This document shows, in pieces, positions 52,721-64,000 of a stretch of 64,000 nucleotides of DNA. Origin of the DNA: the human T2T-CHM13v2.0 reference genome, Homo sapiens. Below the pieces are notes generated by a model, which was not told where the DNA came from, made no database searches, and was given only the letters and a program-made list of their open reading frames with translations. The stretch lies in assembly GCF_009914755.1 (NCBI RefSeq), contig NC_060939.1. One strand, given 5' to 3'. Each line of letters begins with the position of its first letter. Within the stretch, counting starts at the first letter, position 1. Made by a program: the position numbers and the translations under genes.

Positions 52721-53984
52721 CTTTCGCACTGTCATATCTTTCTTCCTTAAGTCATGTTTCCTTTGCAGCCCTCCTCTTTAAGACTGATTTATATTCAGAA
52801 TCAAAGAGGCCACTGATCAGCCCTGAGCCTTAGTGCTGACTTTTCTTAACCTCCTTAGCAAGAATATCCTCTAGAAATCCAGGTTTATTGGAGGAAGAGG
52901 AAGCAATTAACCAATTTTCTAAATTCCAATAGCTCCATTAGCATTTCAAGGGTCTTTTGAGGGAGACCCAGACAGAGAATTTTACTATCTGTCACGGACA
53001 AGGGGACTTCAAGACTCGATGACTAAGAAATGGAAAGCCCCACTTCAAGGGACTCTGACGGGGAGGAAGCTGGGGAAGGAGGCAGTGAGAGATACAGGTG
53101 GCCTGGGCTGTTTCTGGGCCCAAGGCCCCAGTGGAGGGGAATGTCAGAGAAGATGTGAAAGTGACAGCAGTCGAGGAGTAGATTACACTCTGCTCCTCTT
53201 TGGGATTGTGGGAAGAGACTAGACAGAATCCGAGCAGAATGCCACAGCATACAAGGTAATGCAAAAGACCTGCAGGACAGAGAGGGAGAGAGAGCACAGG
53301 CCACTCCCAGGTCGTGCCCAGGAAGAGCTGTGTGCGCTCCTGCAGAGGGCTGAACAGGCCAGACCTCCTAGCTACGCCTGCTAGAGCAAGGATGCTATGG
53401 CCTAGGACCACAGGATGAATCCCCAAGACTCAGGGCTGGAAAAGCAGGACTGGCAGACTCAGAAGCAGAGAGCTGAGGGACCCAGGGGCATGAGCACTCA
53501 CAGGAAAGGGCAGGAACTCCATGAGATGCAGACGTCCACAAAGGTGCCAGCGGGGCACCACAGGTGTGGACAAACCCAGCAGCATTCTCTGGACACCAGC
53601 CTGCACACACGTGGGGCACCTGGGAACCTGCATAGGGACAGCTATGAGATCCCCGGATACACTTGTGGCTCCAGTGTCCTTACTAAAGTGCCCCCTCACT
53701 CCCAAGAGTTTTACATTTGCACAACAGATGATGTGGCCAGGGAACCAGGAGGAGATGGGGTCCTGAAGAACCGGGCATTCACCAAAGAGGATTTACAGCC
53801 GCAGAGCATGGGATGACACTGATGGAAAGGCTGAGGGCGGGAAGAGACAGAACACAGAGCACAGGAGGACACATCAGTTAGAGGAAAATAAAGCTCCATT
53901 TGCTTTGCATATCTGTGTGTGGTGGTTCTATATGCAGGCCTGCTGCCCATGAAAGAGGACTGTGCAGCTGCCTTAAAAAATGTT

Positions 53985-54066
53985 TTTGTATGTGTGTATA
54001 TGCAAATATATGTGTATATATATATACACACACATACATTATACACACACACAAGTGTGTGTGTAT
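53985..54066. repeat. Mixed (TG)/(TA)/(CA) microsatellite
   Basis: Directly visible. Confidence 0.85.
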
Positions 54067-54207
54067 CTGGGAATGCTTCCATAGTTTATTGTTAACTAAA
54101 GAAAACAAGTTGCAGAGGAATATATGGTCTAAGTCCTTTTGTTAAGACAAAACAAACAAAACAAAATAAAACCCTATAAATAGTCATGTTTGTGTAAGTA
54201 CAGAAAA

Positions 54208-55600
54208 AGTTATGGAAGTATAAACTGCATCCTGGGAGATAGAACAGAAGTGGGAAAAGAATACGACAAATAGAGTCACTGGTCACCACGAGTGTGCACT
54301 GATTTTGTAATAGAAATAAGGAATAAAAATGTTATCAGTCACAGCCATGAGTGGTAGGATCCTAATTGTCACTTTTGTCTTTGTTTCTTATGTGTTTTCT
54401 GCACTTTCCCTAATAGACATCTGTCTTTTTTGTAATCAGAAAAACGTAGATATTAAACAAACACAAAGGCACTGAAGCCTTCAACTCCATTTGCTATTTA
54501 TCACAGAAAGGGCTTTTTCTAGTCAGGCCGCAATCAATTCAGTTGAATGAACATGAACTGAAACGCACACCTGCACGTGCTCCTGGGGTGAGTGTTCTGA
54601 AGGACAGGCACCCACCACTGGGCCACCAGGACATGAATTTCACCCAGCCGCACGGCCATGGGAATACCTGCCAGAAAAGTTCTCAGACATCCAGAATGGC
54701 CTCCAGCCCTGCATAGAGGTGCAGAGCAGGACAGCAAGACCTCAGGGCAGGGGGCACCAGAGGGAGACCTGGGAGGACAAGGCCAACAGCTGGGCAGTAA
54801 GAAATAAGAAGAATGTGTGTTCTTCTGCTGCCGGGTGGAATGATCTGTGAATGTCTGTTAGGTCCACTTGGCCTACACTGCTGTTCACACCCACGCTTCC
54901 TTTTTGATTTTCTGTCTGGAAGAGCTATCCATTATTGAAAGTGGAATACTGAAATCCACTATTATTGTATTGCTGTTTCTCCCTTTGCTGTCCATAGAAG
55001 CAGTCCCAGTCAATTTCTACAGCTTTACCTCCTGCAATAGCCAAGCATCTGGGGCCCCCAGGCCACAAACTTGGGGTAGGGGAGTCTTTCTTTCTAATTG
55101 CCCAGCTACCTTGTCCTCCCAGGTATTCCCATGGCCGTGCGGCTGGGTGAAATTCAAGTCCCGGTGGCCCAGTGGTGGGTGCCTGTCCTTCAGAACACTC
55201 ACCTGAGGAGCATGTGCAGGTGTGTATTTCGGTTCATGTTTATTCAGCTGAATTGATTGTGGCCTGACTAGGAAAAAAAAAAACAAAACCCTTTCTATGG
55301 TGAATAGCAAATAGAGTTGAAGTCTTCAACACCTTTGTGCTCATTTAATATGTATGTTTTTCTGGTTACAAAACTGACAGATGTCTATTAGGGAAAGTTC
55401 AGAAAACACATAAGAAACAAAGATGAAAATAACAATGATCTAGAATCCTATCACTTAAAGGCTGTGACTGATAACATTTTTATTCCTTATTTCTATTACA
55501 AAATCAGGGCACACTCATGGTGATCAATGAATCTGTATTTGTCATATTCTTTTCCCGGTTCTGTTCTGTCTCCCAGGATGCAGTTTACACTTCCATAACT
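54208..55600. repeat. Inverted duplication: left arm 54208-54809, right arm 55085-55600
   Basis: AGTTATGGAAG...GGAATACCTG at 54208-54670 is the reverse complement of 55120-55600; homology resumes at 54772-54809 versus 55085-55119. Confidence 0.97.
54808..54985 (-). mobile_element. Internal L1M fragment (endonuclease region of ORF2)
   Basis: GAATGTGTGTTCTTCTGCTGCCGGGTGGAATG...ACTATTATTGTATTGCTGT is homologous to 11295-11470 in the L1PB1. Confidence 0.8.
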
Positions 55601-57269
55601 GGAAGCCCACATAAAACATGTTTTCCTTCCTTTGTTTCTCCCTCTCTCTTGCCTTACCTTACTTTATATCACCACTCTCCAGAATTCTGCAAGCTTCACT
55701 TGCTATAAATCACCTTGAAGACACCTGACTCTCCAGGAGGATTAAATTCTAAATTATGCAATGATATCTGTAATACCTACAGAGTTTTTGGAAAATGGAA
55801 AAATACAAACCAGGAATGACAAAGGCATCACCTCCCTAACATCTCTTAGAGCAAGATACTTTGCAAAACTGCACTGCTTTTAAGTTAGAGAGTTGATTCC
55901 ATGTTTTATACTGAGGTTCAAAGAACATATGAAAAGAATGCATATTTGAGATTATTGGAAATCAAGGAGAAGAAATGCCTTTGATGTTTGTGTCATCTCA
56001 GATTAAGATACATCAACTGCATTACTTAAAGTGGCTTTCCCTGTGTATAAATGCTGAGTGGCTGGAAGGCCATGGCCACTTACCAGGACAATGGCCTGAA
56101 AGGTGATTTTTCCTGCTTCCTTGGCAGATGGCAGTTATTGTGTTTTTGTGTTTCTGTCTCACTTGAGCGTCTACATGGTGCAGCAATATGAAAGCTCAAT
56201 TATGGCCCAGAGCACTTCTGGGCTAGTGGGAGGCTTCCCCTCACACAAGAGTGACCCTCCTGAGTGATCAGCTACCTCTGCTTAGGGCGGTGCAGAGGGT
56301 CAGTTGTTAACTGCTCAAAGGAAAACTGAAAGAGCAGGACTTTGGGGATGTAATCAAAATGCAACTTATTTACTTATTGTTTTAAATCTCTTTCTGGCCC
56401 CTTTAAAATGCATTTAGTTGAGAGAATTCCAAAGGGTCCTTCCTGGGGAAGGTGCTGTGCCTGGCATCTGTCTTCTGCTAACTGCTCTGGGGTAGTGGTG
56501 TGGAGGTGGGGGAAGGAGCATTTTGGACTGAAGGGACTGCTTCATGTCCTGTCTCGGGCTTGGGGTCCGGCCACCGGAGGAGGCTCAGCTGCTCTCCTGG
56601 GAGCCTCTTTGGAGATTTCCACGGTGGGGTCACTCACGTGCAGCATTCCTACCGCAGGCAGCTGCACGCCTCCTCTTAACAGTCACTTTCTGCAGTGTCA
56701 GCGTACTAGGCATCTGAAGTCCTCCTCTAGCTTCTTGCTACTCGGGTCCCTCTCTCCTTCCACGCTGCCCCAGTGACAGGGCCCAACACCACCCCTGCCA
56801 GCTCCCACAGGCACGGCCCATCCGGGGGCCATAATGGTCCTCACGCACTCTGACAACCGTAAGGAATGCATCCTGGTCCCTTTCCTCACTCATGAGATGC
56901 CCAGATCCAAGCATTGGCACCTTTATCTTCAACACTCTCTTGATCCTCAGCCTAAAGGCTCCAGGTGAGGGGTAGGTCACCTTCCCCAAGCCCCAGAAAC
57001 AGAAGGACATTGAGTTGACAGTGGCATTCTAACAGCTTTTTCAAAAATTTCTCTTCACAGAATCCTTTCTCCTCCCTACATCTGATTCCTTCTTTATATT
57101 CTTGATCAGTTCAAGGTGTTCAAAAATGAGGGAAATGATCCTAGCTCATTCCTTCCTAACTGGGGCTTCTGGCCTGGCATCTCATTTTAGATGTGTCATC
57201 TGTTACACTTCCATATTGCTGTCAAACTTCAATACTGACATTCCGTTGCATGTGGCTTTATAGAGGTCA

Positions 57270-58795
<1,526 letters not shown>

Positions 58796-58999
58796 ACAAT
58801 GAGCCGCAAAAATCTACGGGCCATAAAACAGCCCTTATGCAAAGCTAATAAATAAGCTTGTGAAGGACTTTTCCAACTTCTGTCAGCACACATTTTTGAA
58901 AAACAGCATTAGTGGCATTCAGCTGGACATTTGCTGGTGTGCTATTGATCAGTTCATTTAGTTTAAGTATTTTTACTAACATGAGCAAACCACAGTCTG

Positions 59000-59946
59000 C
59001 CCCTTTCTCCAATTTCTTCTCAACACAGCCACAAGAATCTTTAAAAGATGTAAATTGGCCAGGCGTGGTGGCTCACGCCTATAATCCCAGCACTTTGGGA
59101 GGCCGAGGCAGGCGGATCACCTGAGTTCAGGAGTTTCAGACCAGGCTGGCCAACATGGTGAAACCCCGTCTCTACTAAAAATACAAAAATTAGCCGGGTG
59201 TGGTGGTGGGCACCTGTAGTCCTGCTACCTAGGGTGCTGAGGTAGGAGAATTGCTTGAACCTGGGAGGCTGAGGTTGAAGTGAGCTGAGCGCACCACTGC
59301 ACTCCAGACTGGGCAACAGTGAGACTCTGTCTCAAAAAAACAAAACAAAACAAAAGATGTAAATTATGTCACATCCTACCTTGCTTGAAACCCAACAATA
59401 GCTTCCCACTGCACTGGAGTGAGACCAAACTTCTTTCCAAGCCTTCAACTGTCCTGCCTCACTTCGCTGTTCCACCTCTGCAGCTTCAGATGGCACCTGG
59501 CTGTCCAGAACCAGCACTGCAGGCTGAGCCTTCTGTGTGCCCCACACACAGCCTGCTGCTTCCTTGGCCTCTGTGCCCTGGCACTGACTTCACCTGGAAG
59601 AGCTTCCACAGTGCTTCCCTTCCCCCTCCTTTTAGTTCAAGTGTCTGCTTCAATTTCACCACTGCTAAGAAGCCTTCTCTGACTTCCTTGCTGAACTACA
59701 TTCCCCATTATTTCACTGCAGTACCAATCACTTCTTTTGTAGCACTACCATTGTCTGTAATAACACTACATACATCATCTGTCCATTCATTGATCCATCC
59801 AGCCAGTCATATATGCCATTCTGTTCCCTGGAGAATTTAAGTTCTGGGAACTTGCTTGTTTTGTCTTTTCTATCCTTGGGACCTTAGTACACAGTTCAGG
59901 GGATGCTGCAGCCACTCAGTGAAAACAAGTTGAAGAAATAAATGAA
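59000..59946 (+). mobile_element. L2 3' region interrupted by an Alu
   Basis: CACAGCCACAAGAATCTTTAAAA...ATGTCAC L2 motif and 3' end GTTGAAGAAATAAATGAA. Confidence 0.6.
59057..59351 (+). mobile_element. AluSx-like SINE
   Basis: Perfect TSD AAAAGATGTAAATT at 59043-59056 and 59352-59365. Confidence 0.96.
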
Positions 59947-60214
59947 AATTATAAAGTCAACTGGCCATTCAACACATTCCTCTGCTTTATCTCTGAGCAT
60001 TTCATCCTTTTCCTAACTCCAAAGTGACCCTTTCTTGAAGGGTACACTGCTATTTCCATTCAAGAAAATTCTATCGAGTCCTTCCTACAGGTGCTAGGCT
60101 GCACACTGTTCTGAGGGTACAATAAGAACGGGTGCTGCCCACAGTGCAGTGGTGCAGTGAGACGCAAATAGAGAGAGCTGTGGCTCATGCTGGTTTGTAA
60201 GGAAGTTAGATAGT

Positions 60215-60590
60215 TATAAAAACTATAAAAACGAATATATACATATTAAAATGTTTATAATTTATAATATAAATATAAAAACGATTTTTTGGCAGAAACC
60301 CAAAGAAACAGATAATAGCATGAGAAATATGTGTTTTTTATATATATAAAATAATTTACAATTATATTATTTAAACATATTTTATATATAATAGTATATA
60401 AAATACATATAACATAATACACATGTATTATATATAAAATATACAAATATATTTTTATATATTTATATACATTATATAATACATACTACATATTATGTAT
60501 TATATGTAATATTGATTAATATATTACATACTGATTAATTACATATTATATATTATTACATATGTTATTTCAATAATGGAATTTGTATTA
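60215..60590. repeat. AT-rich low-complexity (TA)n-like tract
   Basis: Directly visible degenerate TATA/ATTA repeats. Confidence 0.9.
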
Positions 60591-61134
60591 ACACTTTTGC
60601 TCTGTGTTCTAAAAGGAGATCATCTTGTTGAGATACATTAGCATTCAAAGATGGAGGAGCAAATGACGTGTGAGTGGGCACAGCCTCCACAGAGAGCAAC
60701 AGGACAGCGGGGAGCATGAGCCTTCAGACCATGGGCACACATGGACCAGCGATGGCTCCCGTGAGAATGTGCAGTGGGGAGAGACAACACATGTTCTGAT
60801 ACCTTTGTTACCGCATCTCAAAGGCACGCTGGAGGCAAACTGATGAGAATCCAACAGTGGGGAATGCTGCATGGAACCTGGCCTATCAATTATAGTGAGA
60901 TACTTTGCAGATTAAAAGTTATCAAAAGATGAAGACTTCCCAGGGCTAGGTACCTGGACTACACTATGCAGAATCTGTGCATATGGACAAAGGGAGGAGG
61001 CTGCATGGGGAAGTCCCTGGCTGAAGCTGCCCAGAGGCCTTCACCGTGGGGATGAGCCACAAAGCCTGTGGCCTGTGGGGCCGTCACACATCCTGCTCGA
61101 TAATGTGGCATAAAAGGCCTTCTTTAACTCTGCC

Positions 61135-62760
61135 TACTTTATTTAAAATTTTATTTTGAAATAATTTCAGATATATAGAAAACTTGCAAAAATAGTATAC
61201 AGAATTCCTACATAACCTCACAACTAGATCCCCTCAAAGGTTAAAGTTTTACATTTATCATTCTCTCCACATACAAGTCTGTTCTACAGATACTATTCAG
61301 GTTTCATCCATTGTCCCAACAATGTCCTTTGTAACAAAATGGTTGTTTTCTGTCCAGGATCCCACATTGCATTTCGTTTTCATGTTTCTAATCTAGTTTT
61401 TGAAAATCTGAAACAGTTTCTCAGTCTATCACTTTTTTTCTTTTAAAAAATTTTTATTATACTCTAAGTTCTGGGATACATGTGCAGAAGGTGCAGGTTT
61501 GTTACACAGGTATACATGTGCCATGGTGGTTTGCTGCACTCATCAACCCGTCACCTACATTAGGTATTTCTCCTAATGTTATCCCTCCCCTCGCCCCCCA
61601 GTTCCCAACAGGCCCCAGTGTGTGATGTTCCCCTCCCTGCGTCCATGTGTTCTCATTGTTCAACTCCCACTTATGAGTGAGAACATGCGATATTTGGTTT
61701 TCTGTTCCTGTGTTAGTTTGCTGAAAATGATGGTTTCCAGCTTCATCCATGTCCCTACAAAGGACATGAACTCATCCTTTTTCATGGCTGCATAGTATTC
61801 CATGGTGTATATGTGCCACATTTTCTTTATCCAATCTATCACTGATAGGCATTTGGGTTGGTCCCAAGTCTTTGCTATTGTGAACAGTGCTGCAATAAAC
61901 ATACATGTGCATGTGTCTTTATAGTAGAATGATTTATATACCTTTGGGTATATACCCAGTAATGGGATTGCTGGGTCAAATGGTATTTCTAGTTCTAGAT
62001 CCTTGAGGAATTGCCACACTGTCTTCCACAATGGTTGAACTAATTTACATTCCCACCAACAGTGTAAAAGCGTTCCTATTTCTCCAAATCCTCTCCAGCG
62101 TCTGTTGTTTCCTGACTTTTTAATGATTGCCATTCTAACTGGTGAGAGATGGTATCCTTGGGCAGGGTTCAGTCTATCATTCTGCAACCCTGATACCCTA
62201 CTTAGGGTAGAATGTCCCCAGTCTGGGTCTGCCCTGTGAGGCCTCATGATTAGACTCTGTTGTGTATTGCTGGCAGGAACACTGTGGAAGTGATGCTCTG
62301 TCCCCTGTGAACCACCTCAGGGACAAATCATGTCTACTTGGTCCATGTTGATGATGCTTATGTTGACCTCTTGGCTAAGGTGATGTGCATCAGGTCCCAC
62401 CCCTAAATAGTTACTATTTTTGTGTTTGTATCTTGCAGAGATATACTCTTTGTAAATATTGTTTCTCATTAAATTTCTCCACCATTGGTTTTAGCATGGA
62501 ATGAAATTTCTGTTTGCAACAATTAGCACTTGGTGGTCATCAAATGGTGACTATTTCCTTCCTTTCTCCTACATTTATTAGCTGACACTCCACTATAAGA
62601 AAGCACTTTCCCTTCTCCCCCATTTATTTCTCTATTCATCCATTTCTTTCTTTTAATACAAACATATGCATTTTTCTTAAGAATCATCACCTATTTAATA
62701 AATAATCACCTGTTACTATAATTAGTAGTTTGAGGCTCAAATTGTCCCAGTGCTCATCAC
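61135..62760 (-). mobile_element. Old L1MC-like 3' region, host to the L1PA7 insertion
   Basis: TTTTATTTTGAAATAATTTCAGATATATAGAAAACTTGCAAAAATAGTA start; resumes after 62169. Confidence 0.65.
61433..62156 (-). mobile_element. L1PA7-like 5'-truncated insertion
   Basis: ORF2 C-terminus ([17 protein letters not shown]...YRMFSLISGS) plus 3' UTR; TSD TCAGTCTATCA at 61421-61431 and 62169-62179. Confidence 0.92.
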
Positions 62761-63290
62761 ACAAGCCCCATCACTCTTTGGCCACTTGTTTTTTCCTGAA
62801 GTGCTAGTTCTGCAAACACATCATGCTTCTCTGCAGCTCTTCTAATGGCACCACCCACTTATTGGCTGGATAATTCCCAGCACTTGTTAAACAGCCCCCT
62901 TAGAAGCTTTCCCCAACTTCTCATGTTCCCGTCCCAAATCTTGCTGCTACCACATGACTCCATTATTATCATGGACTGTGCACTGTGCTTGTTTGTTTAG
63001 GCTTATAAGCAGTTGGTTTGTGATTCACATTTCTTTATTATCCTTCTAAGGCACCTCCCTGGTCCACATGAGGAACTCAATACATGTATGCTGAATAAGT
63101 GATTAGGAAAAAAAAAAAACTGTGTAAACCCTCTGACTTTATATAACCTGCTATTCTACAGGCTTCTATTAGATAGAGTCTCATCACTTTGTTGTTGGGA
63201 TCTATGTCTTTGGTCATTTTTTCCCATTGTTTTACATTACTGAGAAATGCATTATTGGTTCACATTCATGAAAGTTCTGGCATTATGTTT

Positions 63291-63444
63291 TATTTTTATT
63301 TTAGAGACAGAGTCTTATTCTGTTGCCCAGGCTGGAGTGCGGTAGTGCAATCATAATTCACTGCAGCCTTGAACTCCTGCACTCAAGCGATCTTCAGTCT
63401 CCCAAAGTGCTGGGATCACAGGCGTGCACCACCATTGCTCGCCC
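63291..63444 (-). mobile_element. Free Alu monomer (FRAM-like)
   Basis: Single ~155 bp monomer with TSD GCATTATGTTT at 63280-63290 and 63447-63457. Confidence 0.85.
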
Positions 63445-63489
63445 ATGCATTATGTTTGAAATCCCTCCTTCATTGTTGGCTCCAACATA

Positions 63490-64000
63490 CTCCCTTATTT
63501 TCTCAAGAACTTGGACATGTAATGCACATCTGAAAGTAAACATGCCAAAACTCAGCTGCAGAGAGGCTGGTATTTCCTTGCAAATCAAACTCTCCTGTAA
63601 TCTTCCACATCTCTGATCAGGGCAACCTCAAGCTTCCATTTGTTCAGACCAAAGATGCAGGAGTCAACTTTAACATTTTTGACACCTGCATCTGGCCGAT
63701 CAGCAAGTCCTGTTGGGTTCTAAATATAATTTGAAGAGACAGCCCTCCTCTTGGCACTGTTCCTCTGCTACTATCCTCAAGCACCGTCATTCCTCCCTTG
63801 CAATACTGCAGCTCTCTCCTTGCCAGCGTCCCTGCCCTGCCAGGCTGACTTCTGGTTTTCAAACACCAGCCACGGTGATCTTGTTAAACTGAACTGGATT
63901 AAGTCCCTCTGCCCAGGCCTCTCCAATGACATCACATCTTACTCAGAAGAAAAGCCAAGTCCTACCACATCTTACAATGCTCTGAATGATGTGATACCCT
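63490..64000 (+). mobile_element. L2 fragment
   Basis: CACATCTGAAAGTAAACATGCCAAAACTCAGC...CAGCAAGTCCTGTTGG...CAGCCACGGTGATCTTGTTAAA. Confidence 0.7.

Noticed and set aside
53415-53816. 133-aa ORF in GC-rich DNA
   Set aside because: No recognisable domain or splice context, and ORFs of similar size overlap on the other strand; consistent with chance.
54208-55600. Inverted repeat read as terminal repeats of a DNA transposon or as a miRNA precursor
   Set aside because: No TSD or transposase remnant is visible, the left arm runs on from flanking L1-like sequence, and the structure is far longer than a pre-miRNA.
59319-59840. 173-aa ORF
   Set aside because: Begins in an Alu tail and runs through L2 sequence.
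61660-62247. 195-aa ORF
   Set aside because: C-terminus of L1 ORF2 fused by chance to flanking sequence.

Overview
Primate (human-like) genomic DNA, read by eye without alignment tools. More than half of it is interspersed repeats: ten Alu-family elements (several AluY), nested L1s including a near full-length but dead L1PB1-like element, a complete THE1D-like MaLR provirus, several MLT1 LTRs, MER DNA-transposon fossils, MIR/L2 fragments and microsatellites. I cannot support a protein-coding gene, RNA gene, CpG island or CRISPR array. The longer ORFs fall in L1, Alu, THE1-int or L2 sequence, or look like chance ORFs. The structure that repeats do not explain is three local duplications of mostly non-repeat DNA. 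(1) An inverted duplication with ~0.5 kb arms at 54208-55600, with an L1 fragment in its spacer and a mirror-image exon-like cassette in each arm. (2) A ~250 bp direct duplication (5272-5522 / 16914-17165) carrying a 54-nt AG...GTAAGT cassette in both copies. (3) A ~330 bp direct duplication (48829-49156 / 50598-50930) that keeps several transcription-factor motifs. There are also scattered candidate lncRNA exons and one spliced 77-codon small ORF on the minus strand. These are testable leads, not evidence of a new biological system. Repeat subfamily names come from recalled consensus sequences, and the boundaries of old repeats are approximate.
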